A DNA stretch of 63,744 nucleotides, taken from positions 1 through 63,744 of the forward strand of contig NIVC01003136.1 of the NCBI GenBank assembly GCA_002269645.1. The letters run 5' to 3'. Of this stretch, positions 1-10,074 are shown piece by piece. The number at the start of each line of letters is the position of its first letter. The stretch's first letter is position 1. The DNA comes from Macrostomum lignano. Taxonomy: Eukaryota. Both the position numbers and the translations under genes were made by a program. A model generated the notes under the pieces. It did no database searches. It was not told the origin of the DNA and saw only the letters and a list, made by a program, of their open reading frames with translations.

Positions 1-643
1 TTAATCACAAAAATAGGCCCTAACCATTTTACTAGGTATCTATAAGAAAAAACATTGATTAGTCCTTTTATAATTTTTATTTTAAAGGCTAAAAATATTA
101 TTATATTACAAATTTGAATAGCTTTTCTTTTCTTGAATTTGATATTTGGCTAATGCCACTTGTGAGTTTGCAACTTTGGGCTTATGAAATAAAGTGAAAA
201 CAATATGAAAATGAAAACTTCACTACACAACTATATGAAAATATAATAGAGTAACATATTGTGCATGTTAAATTAAAAGAATGGTAGTCTTGACTGCCCC
301 AGATCAAATACAATCACAGATTTTGTGACGAAAAACTGATTTTTCCTATCTTCGCAGTGTATTTTTTCCAGGAAATCGTGGCCTCCAAAAAATTGCACAA
401 TCTTTGAGTTTTACGTCCTGTTAGTCTAGAAGTCCTTGGCACGAACTTCAATTCGAACTGCGCAGCAGAGCTCACCCAGCCAACACACGGACGGGACGCC
501 GCCCCACACACACACAACCCACCGGCGGCAACGCAACCGGCAGACTCAGGGCTAACTTGGCACTGGCACGGAAAACAAAGAACAGAAAAGGAAGAAGAGA
601 ACAAAGCAAGACAACACAACGAATGGAGGGAAAGAGAAGGAAA

Positions 644-3631
644 TCAAAGACTGTTGGAATTGGAGCGGTGGCAAAACCCGGCAAGCACCTGCAAAAATCT
701 GGTTGGCGGCCGAACCGCCCTGCCACTTCGAGTGGTGTAAATGCTACCCCGAGTACTGACTCTGTCTGATAACGATGGGTCTGGTTCCACTGTTTCACGC
801 TGGCCAGCTGGCTCCGTCCTCTGTCCTTGGCTGGCGGTTCCAGGCAACTCACGCGTTCTATCTCCCACTATCTCTACCTCCGCACCGATTGAAGGAACCT
901 GGCCATCCTCGACTTGTTCGAGTCGATTCGTGCTACTATTACCACCTACTTCAGGCACACGGTGTTGAGTGTGTTTTTCACTTAAAAAATCTGGCTCCTG
1001 CACAAAATCTCCAGACTCTGTTCTGGGTTGCAACACGTCCAAAACTGGCTGACCAAGGTCCTCAACCGGTTGTCCTTGGGTTCCACCTGTACACACCGAA
1101 GTCTCACCGGGCTGCAACCGTTTCTCACTGGACTGCACCTGGTTCTCGCCGGACTGCACCTGGTTCTCACCAGGCTGCACCAGGTTCTTACTGGACTGCA
1201 CCTGGTTCTCACTGGACTGCACCTGGTTCTCACTGGACTGCACCTGGTTCTCACTGGACTGCACCTGGTTCTCACTGGACTGCACCTGGTTCGATCCCAG
1301 CCCTGCAACTGGGAAGTAAGGTAATCCACGCTCTTCCATGTCGGAGTCCGAGCTGGAATCCGAGGCTGGCGAGTCCTCGTCACAATTTCCCACACGAGAT
1401 TCCGGCAACCGTGCAGTTATTTTTAGACCGAAACGGTCAATGGTGTCTTGATAGTTCGGCTTGCGTATGCATTTTTTGATTCTGTCTACATTATAAATGT
1501 TGTGGCTCGGGTTAGGAGTTCGAATGAATGGATTTTCTCTAATAAATTCGGGCAGGAGCCGATAGTTGCGCTCGGATATTTGCTGAACTACGCGGTATGG
1601 TCCCAACCAAACTGCTGGGTCAAGGCCTCTGTGATCCGGGTTTCGAACCCAGACCAGCTCACCTACTTCAAAGTTAGGTTTAAAAACGGCTCTGTCATAG
1701 TAGCGCTTTTGTCTTCTCTGGGCCTTTCCCCGCAAAGCGCGAGCCGTAGCCGATGTTTCGACCAGGGCTTTGTGCAGGGTGTGTGCGTAAGATTCCGGAT
1801 CATAGTATTCTCTTGGTGGTGGGTTGTACTGGAGGTCCAAGGGGATGTCGAGTTCTCTCCCGAAGAACAACTTTGCTGGCGTGAAGCCGGTAGACTCGGA
1901 TTCGGTCGTCCGGATCGACAACCCCACAAGCTTAGCAGCCAAAGGCCACCCTATTCTACGATCAGCACACACTGCCCGAACTTTGGTTTTGATCGTTTGG
2001 ATAGCTCGTTCGGCCTTGCCATTGGCCTGTGGTCTTCTCGCTGTGATTCTAACCATGTCGATTTCGAGTATTCGAGTCAACTCGGCAACCGTAGCGTTAA
2101 TGAATGCAGTGCCGTTATCTGAGACAATCTGTTCCATCGTCCCATACCTTACCACCCATTCAGTGAGGATGGCTAGCGCCGTAGTTCCTGCTGAGACATC
2201 AGGCACCGGGACAATCTCGACGAAGCTGGTGAAACGATCAATCAGCACCAGAAGATACCGCATACCATTAGATTCAGGAAAAGGTCCACAATGGTCAACG
2301 TGTACCACCTGATTGGGATACCCTGCCAAGGTAGGCTGCAGGGGGGCTCTAATCTTCTTTGTACCTTTCTTAACTCTGGCGCAAGTTTCGCATTCGGCAA
2401 CGATACCTCTTACGTAATTTTCCAGATCAAAGATCAAGAAACGTGCCTTCAATGCCGCCGTGGTTTTATTGGCTCCTGAATGGTTGCACGCTCTATGGTA
2501 CTTGATTACTAGTTCATCTAAATTTGCAGACGAGGGAATTATCAACTGCTTAACACTCGGTTTGCCCTTCCTCGCTGGCTTTGTGCGGTAGAGCAAGCCA
2601 TTTTCAACTGACAGTTCGTTATACAGAGCCCAGAGAGTTTTAATTTCTCGACTGCAATCTTGAATATCCTGTTTGCTAAGTTTCGGTTCGGAGCCAGCTA
2701 CGGATTGCTTGATTCTCAGCAGATCTACGTTTGACTCTTGTGCCAGCGTCACCCAATCCACATCTACTCTCTCATCAGCCTCACTCTGTGGTAGGCTTAA
2801 TTCGCTTGCATCATCAGCGGCTTGATTCGCTAGGCTGGTTCCAATGTGGAAGGAATGACTACCGCTCGTTCTGTCACTCTTCGCACTTTGGTCATTGTTA
2901 GAATTAGTTGCAATTTTAGCCACCTGAACCTTAGGTTTTGTCACTTGAATTTGGCTATCTTCAGAGGTTTCTTTATGGTTTGTGCCTGATGGATCAGTCT
3001 GGATCGCTTGGCTAACTGAGTGACAACTATCAAGCCGGCTCTCATTGCCGTGGTCATCATTCCTAGTGGGTTCACACATGGTTGGTTGATCTAAAAAGTG
3101 TGTACCTTCGGTTTGAGTCGAAGCCTCGTGCTTTTCTAATTTAGCACAGCCTATTTTAACGGCTCTAACGGCGCTACTTTGGCATCCGAACCTGGCCTGA
3201 AACTCTGGAATACGAGAGCAAGATGGGCAGTCGAAATGGTCCGGACGGAATTTGGGATTGCGACTGAGAATGTCGGCATTAATGTGGCTCTCCCCAGGCC
3301 TATGTTCCACGGAGAAGTCAAAGTCTGCCAAGCGTTCCAGCGGCGTCTGCTCAACGCTAAAGTTGTAAGGCTCTAGGATCACAAGCCACTGGGCTAGCAT
3401 TCCCGTAGCGTGTTTTTTGGAATGAAGCCATTTAAGCGCCACGGCGTCAGTTCGGACGACGAAAGGCCTGTCTAAGAGGTAAGTGCGGAACTGCTCTAGC
3501 ATGATAATCAAACCGAGCAGCTCGCGCATTGTTGCACAATAATTTCTTTGTGCATTGTTGAACTTCTTCGAAGCGAATGCTATCACATGCTCTTTACCAG
3601 TTTTGCCAACTTGGGACAGGACTCCTCCCAC
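644..3631 (-). CDS. Gypsy Pol: RNase H C-terminal part, integrase and long low-complexity tail
   Basis: RNase H motifs VIAFASKKFNNAQRNY, ELLGLI and FVVRTD. Integrase zinc finger KYH..NHSG..CETC, catalytic VHVDHCGPF / VSDNGTAF / NGKAERAIQT, WLGPYRV, and terminal TRSGRAVRPPTRF. Confidence 0.95.
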   Translation of the reverse strand: MGGVLSQVGKTGKEHVIAFASKKFNNAQRNYCATMRELLGLIIMLEQFRTYLLDRPFVVRTDAVALKWLHSKKHATGMLAQWLVILEPYNFSVEQTPLERLADFDFSVEHRPGESHINADILSRNPKFRPDHFDCPSCSRIPEFQARFGCQSSAVRAVKIGCAKLEKHEASTQTEGTHFLDQPTMCEPTRNDDHGNESRLDSCHSVSQAIQTDPSGTNHKETSEDSQIQVTKPKVQVAKIATNSNNDQSAKSDRTSGSHSFHIGTSLANQAADDASELSLPQSEADERVDVDWVTLAQESNVDLLRIKQSVAGSEPKLSKQDIQDCSREIKTLWALYNELSVENGLLYRTKPARKGKPSVKQLIIPSSANLDELVIKYHRACNHSGANKTTAALKARFLIFDLENYVRGIVAECETCARVKKGTKKIRAPLQPTLAGYPNQVVHVDHCGPFPESNGMRYLLVLIDRFTSFVEIVPVPDVSAGTTALAILTEWVVRYGTMEQIVSDNGTAFINATVAELTRILEIDMVRITARRPQANGKAERAIQTIKTKVRAVCADRRIGWPLAAKLVGLSIRTTESESTGFTPAKLFFGRELDIPLDLQYNPPPREYYDPESYAHTLHKALVETSATARALRGKAQRRQKRYYDRAVFKPNFEVGELVWVRNPDHRGLDPAVWLGPYRVVQQISERNYRLLPEFIRENPFIRTPNPSHNIYNVDRIKKCIRKPNYQDTIDRFGLKITARLPESRVGNCDEDSPASDSSSDSDMEERGLPYFPVAGLGSNQVQSSENQVQSSENQVQSSENQVQSSENQVQSSKNLVQPGENQVQSGENQVQSSEKRLQPGETSVCTGGTQGQPVEDLGQPVLDVLQPRTESGDFVQEPDFLSEKHTQHRVPEVGGNSSTNRLEQVEDGQVPSIGAEVEIVGDRTRELPGTASQGQRTEPAGQRETVEPDPSLSDRVSTRGSIYTTRSGRAVRPPTRFLQVLAGFCHRSNSNSL
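1102..1292. repeat. 21-bp coding tandem repeat (about 9 copies) encoding QVQSSEN in the integrase tail
   Basis: Unit CTCACTGGACTGCACCTGGTT; it stays in frame in the Pol ORF. Confidence 0.95.
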
Positions 3632-4911
3632 CCCAGGCCAGAGCTGTCACAGTCTAGCACGAAGGGGCCGGCTTCTGGACGCATATCCGGGTACGCCAGA
3701 GTTGGAGGATTGCAGAGACTGTCCTTTAACTGTTTGAAAGCTTCTTCGTGCTTTTCTTCCCAGTGAAACCTATCGGAGTTAGCGATAGCGTACAGTGGAG
3801 CTGCTATGATCGAGAATTTTGGCACAAATTTACGGTAATAGTTGGCAAAATTTAAGAATGACAAGAGTTGTTTCCCTGTCTTTGGCCTACACCAACTCTG
3901 GACGGCCTCTGTTTTGCTGGGGTCCGTCTCGATTCCATCCGCCGATACTACAAATCCTAAAAACTTTAGTTTTTCCCTGAAAAGCTCGCATTTAGCTGGC
4001 TTAATTTTTAGGTTTGCCTTTTGTAGTTGCCAAAACACCAGCGCTAGGTTTGTTATCATTTCGCTACTAGTTCGAGCTTTGATAATGACGTCGTCAAGAT
4101 AGACGAGGCTAACTCTCATCAGCAAGGGTTTGAGCACACGGTGCATCAGCTTAGCAAAGTTAGATGGTGCCGTTTTGATACCGTATGGCACAACTCGCCA
4201 ACGGAATGTGCCCTGGGGGCAAGAAAAAGCCGTAATGTCTCGGTCTTGCTCTCTAATTCCTACCTGCCAGTATGCACTTGTTAAATCTAGTGTTGAAAAG
4301 ATGGTAGAGTCGGCAAGGCTATCAAACGTTTCATCCATTAATGGGAGCGGAAAGCTACACGGCTTTATTAGCTTGTTGACCGCTCTGTAGTCAACACACA
4401 TTCTGTAAGACTGGTCCTTCTTTTTGACTAAGACAATTGGTGAGGCCCACTCGGAATCACACTCTTCTACTATGCCCTGCTCCACTAGCTGTTCTATATA
4501 TTTGTCAAGGAAATCTTTTTGAGCCGGGGTGGTGCGGCGTGATGGCTGCGTGATCGGCCTACAGCTAGGGTCTTTCAGTTCGATAGCTAGTTCATGCAAT
4601 TGGGTTCTCGAGATATCGTGCTCACTACGAGAGATTTGACTTAAGAAATAGTTAAGCATTTTCAGTGTAGTTCCCAACTGTTCCTCGCTGAGTTTGGACT
4701 CCGTTAGGCGAAACTGGTTTGATAGCCACTTCGCTGTACCTTCATCTGGACTAGGCAGCTGATTGAGTTTTCTAAGGAGCTGATCAGTGTTTTCGATTTT
4801 AAAGTCTTTTTCAGAAATTGAAGTTTTACTGATTGTCTCGTTTGGCCCCAACTGCTGGAAGGATCCTATTTCATCTTCTCTTCTGAGTGATACTGGTTCT
4901 TCACTGGTGTT
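3583..4911 (-). CDS. Gypsy reverse transcriptase and start of RNase H, in frame with Gag across one TAA
   Basis: WASPIVLVKKKDQSYRMCVDYRAVN, LDLTSAYWQ, PYGIKTAPSNF, YLDDVII, KFLGFVVS and FVLDCDSS. A 1-nt shift at 3631-3634 joins it to the next ORF. Confidence 0.95.
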   Translation of the reverse strand, partial: NTSEEPVSLRREDEIGSFQQLGPNETISKTSISEKDFKIENTDQLLRKLNQLPSPDEGTAKWLSNQFRLTESKLSEEQLGTTLKMLNYFLSQISRSEHDISRTQLHELAIELKDPSCRPITQPSRRTTPAQKDFLDKYIEQLVEQGIVEECDSEWASPIVLVKKKDQSYRMCVDYRAVNKLIKPCSFPLPLMDETFDSLADSTIFSTLDLTSAYWQVGIREQDRDITAFSCPQGTFRWRVVPYGIKTAPSNFAKLMHRVLKPLLMRVSLVYLDDVIIKARTSSEMITNLALVFWQLQKANLKIKPAKCELFREKLKFLGFVVSADGIETDPSKTEAVQSWCRPKTGKQLLSFLNFANYYRKFVPKFSIIAAPLYAIANSDRFHWEEKHEEAFKQLKDSLCNPPTLAYPDMRPEAGPFVLDCDSSGLGWEESCPKLAKLVKSM

Positions 4912-6831
4912 TTAGACCCGCAGCAAGATGTGATTGGAACTGTTTACTTGGTCTACCGAGTGTGCCATTAAGAGGCTCGAGTCGTTCGCAAAAATCTTGC
5001 CACCCACGGAGCCGCAGGTGTTAGGCTGACTGTCTATCACCCTCCCAGGGATTAGAGTCTCCGACCTGGGCGGGAGTTCGACATTGCAAGCCGCCAGCAC
5101 TCTCTTGACTTGGAAGATGCTACTGTCCCCTTCGATGACAGGAATAAGCTCACCTCCAGCCGTCGCTCGACCCTCTGCCACCAATAAATTAATCTGGAAA
5201 TTCCGCATGAAGTCGATCCCAAAGAGAGTGTCGGAGATCGAGTGTTCTATGACTAGGAAAACGTGCGGCTTTGTCTCATTCGCTACTTGAACCTCGCAAA
5301 CTAACTTGCCAAGGATTCGACTGGAGGCACCATTGAATCCCGAAGCTGACTGCACTGTAGTTGCGGCCGTGAAGCGATTATTGATAGGATCGGCTGCTAA
5401 CAGTTTGTCCCGAATTTCTGGGCTGATGATGGACGCATTTGAACCACTATCTAGACACCCAATCAGCTTAATGTCTCCCACAGTGGCCTGCAGGTAGTAC
5501 CCGGAGCTGGAGGATTCTGCCCTAGACACGGTTTGGCTGCACCGGACATCCTGGTTACTACACACAACATCAACAGCACGGTCGTTTTTCTTGCCCTTGT
5601 CGGCTAGCCGGATAAACTCTACGGGCGCTCCGACAATCTGATGGGCGGGGACAAGATCCTTTAACTCGCTGCTGAGCTGCGAGAAGTGTACGAAAACAGA
5701 ATCTCCCAGAGGCAGAGACTGGATGAATCCGTAGGCATTTGACCAGTAGGAAATTCTACCCAGCTCTTTTTCCACTTTAGCTGAGCCTTTCTGTGTGGGC
5801 TGCCTCGGGTGGCGCCATGAAAATTTACCGTTTTCAGGTGCACCTGAGCCAGGGCACTCTGCTACCAGGTGATCAGCTGAACCGCACCTGAAGCAGTGCC
5901 GCTTGCCTGCGTGCCTGCCCGTGATAGGCGCATTGTACCTCGGTGGTTTATCAGTGGCAGTGTGCAAAGCCTGTGGTCTAAATCCCCCAGTAGGCTGGCT
6001 ATTAAATTCGTGTTCGAACTTGCCCCTCTGCTTGGCTTCTGTCTCAAGTTCTTGGATCCTGTTTTTGAGTCGGCTTATCTCGTCTACTTCTAACTGCCGG
6101 ATCTTGCTTGTCTCAGTCGGTTTCAGCAGCTTCTGAATGTCTAGAAAACTTTTGGCTTTCTTCAGGAGGTCTTGAAGGGTTGCTTTGGGTGACTCCTGGG
6201 TCATTGTAATTAGTTTCTCAGCTAGATTTTTGTCTAGAACTCCATAACAAAAACGTGACCGAACCAATGGATCGCTGTGTGGAGCAGAAATTTTAGCTGC
6301 GGTGGCTAGGGCTACAAGACGGTCACAGAATTCTTGAATTCCTTCGCCATCAGCTTGGTGGGCAACTGTCAGCTCAATGTAAAATTTATCGGCACTGCTA
6401 GAGTCCGTGTACCGCTCGCGGAGAGCTTCTAATGCTGCTGGAAAAGCTAGATCCTGTAGTTTGCTATTGTAGTAAAACTCTTGGACTTCTGGCGATAGTA
6501 GAGAGAAAATAACACCGCCACAGTGCTCCCGCTGAACTCTGTTAACGCTTAAATAGGCCCGGAGTTGTGTCTCCCAGAGCTCAAATCTGATTTTAGGGTG
6601 GTAGCAAGGTGGGGCTTTCAGCTTTGCCTCAGGCACTCTCGCATAGTCAAGCTTAGCATCCAAGTTGCCCAGCGTTCTGTCAAGACTTCCTAAAATAGCA
6701 CCCACGCTACTCTCAGTAGCAATTTGGTTTAACTCGGCTTCATTTTGAGCCTTCTCAGTCTCAGGCAGCTTTATGGGTTCACCCACCAGAGGTGCGCCTT
6801 GAGTTCCAGTGGCTGATTGCTCTACAGACAT
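4912..6831 (-). CDS. Gypsy Gag - zinc knuckle - cold-shock-like domain - aspartic protease
   Basis: Gag core (Q..GEGIQEFCDRL, RSRFCYG), CFRCGSADHLVAEC at 5854-5895, YGFI and VFVHFSQL within 5566-5765, and CLDSGSNASII near 5450. Confidence 0.93.
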   Translation of the reverse strand: MSVEQSATGTQGAPLVGEPIKLPETEKAQNEAELNQIATESSVGAILGSLDRTLGNLDAKLDYARVPEAKLKAPPCYHPKIRFELWETQLRAYLSVNRVQREHCGGVIFSLLSPEVQEFYYNSKLQDLAFPAALEALRERYTDSSSADKFYIELTVAHQADGEGIQEFCDRLVALATAAKISAPHSDPLVRSRFCYGVLDKNLAEKLITMTQESPKATLQDLLKKAKSFLDIQKLLKPTETSKIRQLEVDEISRLKNRIQELETEAKQRGKFEHEFNSQPTGGFRPQALHTATDKPPRYNAPITGRHAGKRHCFRCGSADHLVAECPGSGAPENGKFSWRHPRQPTQKGSAKVEKELGRISYWSNAYGFIQSLPLGDSVFVHFSQLSSELKDLVPAHQIVGAPVEFIRLADKGKKNDRAVDVVCSNQDVRCSQTVSRAESSSSGYYLQATVGDIKLIGCLDSGSNASIISPEIRDKLLAADPINNRFTAATTVQSASGFNGASSRILGKLVCEVQVANETKPHVFLVIEHSISDTLFGIDFMRNFQINLLVAEGRATAGGELIPVIEGDSSIFQVKRVLAACNVELPPRSETLIPGRVIDSQPNTCGSVGGKIFANDSSLLMAHSVDQVNSSNHILLRV

Positions 6832-7438
6832 ATTGAGAGAAAAAAGAGGTGTGCCAGTGCAAAGTGAAGACTAAGATTACAGAGAGGAAAGGAAGAAAAA
6901 AAACCTACACGCGTACACACCTTTGAACAGTCAGGTAAGCTCAGCTAAACAGCCCAAAATGAAGCAACCACACTCACAACTGTGATGAAACTCTTGGAGG
7001 TTATTGGCCGTGGAGTACAATGTACAGACTGCCGTCCTGCCGTACTGCCGCTTGGACCGGATTGGCTGTGGCCTTTAGGGGTGGCTGCCGCTGGGGTGGT
7101 GGTCTCGCGGTTCAGTCGGCAGCTTATACGGACCTCAGAACAGTTGAGTGTTGTTTACGCTGAGTTGACCGGCTGGGGTTTTGACGCGCCGTAGCTACGA
7201 GCGTATTGACTGTTTTCGCTTGGCCTTGGGTCTAGATGTAGAGCTGACTCACGCGGTTTTAGACAAGTTGAATTGTGCTGCCTCAGCCTCGCCGCAATAC
7301 TGTAGTGTAGGACCTGGTTGCGGTTGCAGATGGCTATTGTGTACCCGGCTAAAATTCTCGTGTCGCAGTGCCTGATGAGGATGGGAGCCTGAATGCTGAC
7401 GGACGCCTGATGATGATGACTGATATGAAGAGTTCGGT

Positions 7439-7451
7439 GGTGGGACCTCCA
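7439..7451 (-). other. Primer-binding site complementary to the tRNA-Gln 3' end
   Basis: Minus strand TGGAGGTCCCACC is complementary to ...GGTGGGACCT+CCA, the 3' end of metazoan tRNA-Gln as recalled. It sits just inside the LTR. Confidence 0.85.
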
Positions 7452-7457
7452 AATTGA

Positions 7458-7878
7458 TGTAACGAGTCCGGTATATTTAATATTACTAGCGAAGAGAGAG
7501 TATTAGCAACGTATATGGTTCAGCAGATACGTCTGTCAGTCCGGGACGATTTACTATACTCGGAGCATAAGAAATCTTACTGTCTTAGTACGAATGCGTA
7601 CACTGGTGATCGGCTCTGATTATAATTATTGTATCTCACGTACATGCTAGGTTGATCTACGTCCCAGGCTGCCACACGCTTACAGAAAAAGACTAGAACT
7701 TACATGTTAAAATTATGAGTCGCATTTCTTGGAAACGGAAACCAAATTAACAAAATACGTAATATTAAAACCCTAGAATAATTACGCACGTAATCTAAAC
7801 AGCTAAGGATTTGAATAAAGTTAAAATACACCATGTTAATAAACTAGATTTGAATTACAGAATTTCCAAACCGTTACA
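7458..7878 (-). repeat. 5' LTR (about 421 bp)
   Basis: Bounded by the 7-bp inverted termini TGTAACG (7458-7464) and CGTTACA (7872-7878), adjacent to the PBS. The inner end could be 7455 instead. Confidence 0.8.
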
Positions 7879-9369
7879 GTATAAGTCGGAATCTTCCAAT
7901 TAGATAAAGTAGCTAGTACAATTGCATATTGTGGCGAGTTGAGCCACGTAAAGTTTATTTTTAAGTAGCAGGGTGGAGGTGCGCGAGACAAAGTTCTAAA
8001 TTATATAGGCCAGCGGTGTACACTGGGCAGCCAGTCAACGCACAGCGTCCGTCCACATAGAGCCGGCCTTCCCGGCCGGGGTTGGGGTTGCTGCCGGAGC
8101 GCGCACGCGCGAGTGGCGTGATCGCCACAATATTACAAATAAAATTTTAAACAAAAAAGATCTTTTTTCCGAAGCATAACATTGTATTACAGAGTATCTC
8201 GAAATGATTAGTATTCGTGTGCATGTATGTGCTGTATGGACATCTGTATTTGGATAATCATGGAACTCCCTGCATAAATTCAAAGGCACGAAATTTTACA
8301 TGTATACATTTTAAGCCCTGTCGTCAATAAGCATGCATACGTGGCTAGTGTAAAAAAACAATTGTTTGGTTGTTTTCCTTATTCATAAAAAATTTAGGAG
8401 GAATTATAGCTGCTTCGACTGCTACGAGTACGGAAAAAACAAGAAAGAGAATTAATCATTTTGTACAGTATCCAGTTAACCTTGCAATTTTGCTGACGGA
8501 GCGCTAAAAAGGGCCGATCGAAGTTTTCGGGACAGCTACAGAAGAACAAAGCCGCGAAATTGCGACTTAATTCGTGACGCTAAAATCTCGCCTGCATGTA
8601 CCGGCGCTAAACAAGTGCCAAAAAGATTGTTAATTATGTGTGCTAACAAAATGTTAAAAATAGTAAGTTGACAATGCCTTCGCATTATCCACGTAGAAAA
8701 TCTTACAATCTTACAGAATCCTTATTTTCTGAACGAAAGTATCAACTTAACGAATATTAAATTAAAGAAGAGCTACACATGTCTCTTCACATGGGTAGCT
8801 ACACATGGGTTTGCCTTCAAAACGTGCCTCAAAAGATTTATGCGGCTTTCAACTTGGTTGAAAGTTTGCTTTGAGAATGAAAAAATGCACAATGCGTAAT
8901 TAGAGTATTCATAGCTGTACAATCGTTAGTAATATTAAAATTATTGAGGCAACTCTAAATATATACACTGTACCTTTTTGAAACAGTCAAAGTCTGGTGC
9001 GTCCAGACTGAAGTCAAATGCGTCCAGTCTGGTGCGTTGCAAAAGAGCACGTGGTGTGTATATTCTTGATCTATGTAGCTGCGACTTTCTTTCGTGACGG
9101 GCGTGTTCCGATCACAGGGACCTGGCGCCATTGGCTTAAGTGCGATTAACTGGGACATTCAGAACACGACGAATGGTACAGAGACTGATTTTGAAGTCAA
9201 TCATCGTTGCCTTGAAGAATGCTACATGTACATATACATCAATCTGCTATAGAAAAGCTGTATGCATATGATGACTGACAAATTCTACCAGTGTTCACCA
9301 ACCTTTGTGTTGACTTTAGAAATATTACTTACAGTAATTGGCAAGCAAGGGAGTTGAGCGTGACGGCAC

Positions 9370-9455
9370 GGGGTTGCCAACATAAACCCGAATGTTTTTT
9401 ATTTCGGGTTTGTGGTATTTCGGGTTTGTGATATTTCGGGTTTACTCGCAACCCC
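9370..9455. mobile_element. Very small MITE-like element
   Basis: 8-bp inverted ends GGGGTTGC/GCAACCCC, with internal AAACCCGAA and three TTCGGGTTT. No target-site duplication seen. Confidence 0.4.
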
Positions 9456-10074
9456 ACAAGCAACAAAAGGAAGGCAGCGAGCACACAGCAGCGACGAGGT
9501 AGGGAAGGTGACCCTTTCGTATTAGGTATTTATTTTGCACAATTTACATGTACGTGCGTACGTCGAATTCAAAATTGATCGATAAAACCAGGGAGAATAA
9601 ACAAGAAAAATTAAAAAAATAATAAATCGGAGCAGTTGCACGCAGGCAGACGGCCAAGCCAGAAAAGCTGGGTTTAAGAACCCCCAGCACGCGGCGGAGG
9701 GGGGGCGGAGGAGAGGTGGGCGAAGTGGGAGGGGTGGGGTTAACACACTTAGGCCCACGGAGCAGGCCTAGTGTAAAGTCGACATATTTGATATCTCGGG
9801 TTTGATGCCCCCGCTCAGAGTACTCTGAGGTTGGCACGTTTGGCCCTAACTCTAAAACATTAGTTAGTTAAACGAGTGGAACTCCTCCTCTGGAGGAGAA
9901 AGGGGAAGAACTCCCATCACCGGAATTCTGAAGGGGAAGAACTCCCATCAGCTAAAATTCCATGACTTGAATCCCATCTTCCAAATCATCTCCAAATCCT
10001 CTACAATGCATTTTAAATACCGGATTTCTTGTTTTCCCTGTTTGCAAAAACTCACTGGCATTGTCTAGACTCGG

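Larger units (their letters stand above)
644..7878 (-). mobile_element. Ty3/Gypsy LTR retrotransposon, near-intact, 3' LTR not in window
   Basis: Domain order is Gag (CCHC knuckle), protease (LDSGS), RT (YLDD), RNase H, integrase (HHCC, DDE, GPY), which is the Ty3/Gypsy order. The 5' LTR and a primer-binding site lie at 7439-7878. Confidence 0.97.

Noticed and set aside
314-852. Small ORFs after Pol as an env/ORF3
   Set aside because: Only 101-126 aa, overlapping a low-complexity tract, with no furin site or fusion-protein pattern.
7372-7400. Hammerhead ribozyme core CTGATGA in the Gypsy leader
   Set aside because: No GAAA partner or adequate stem II.
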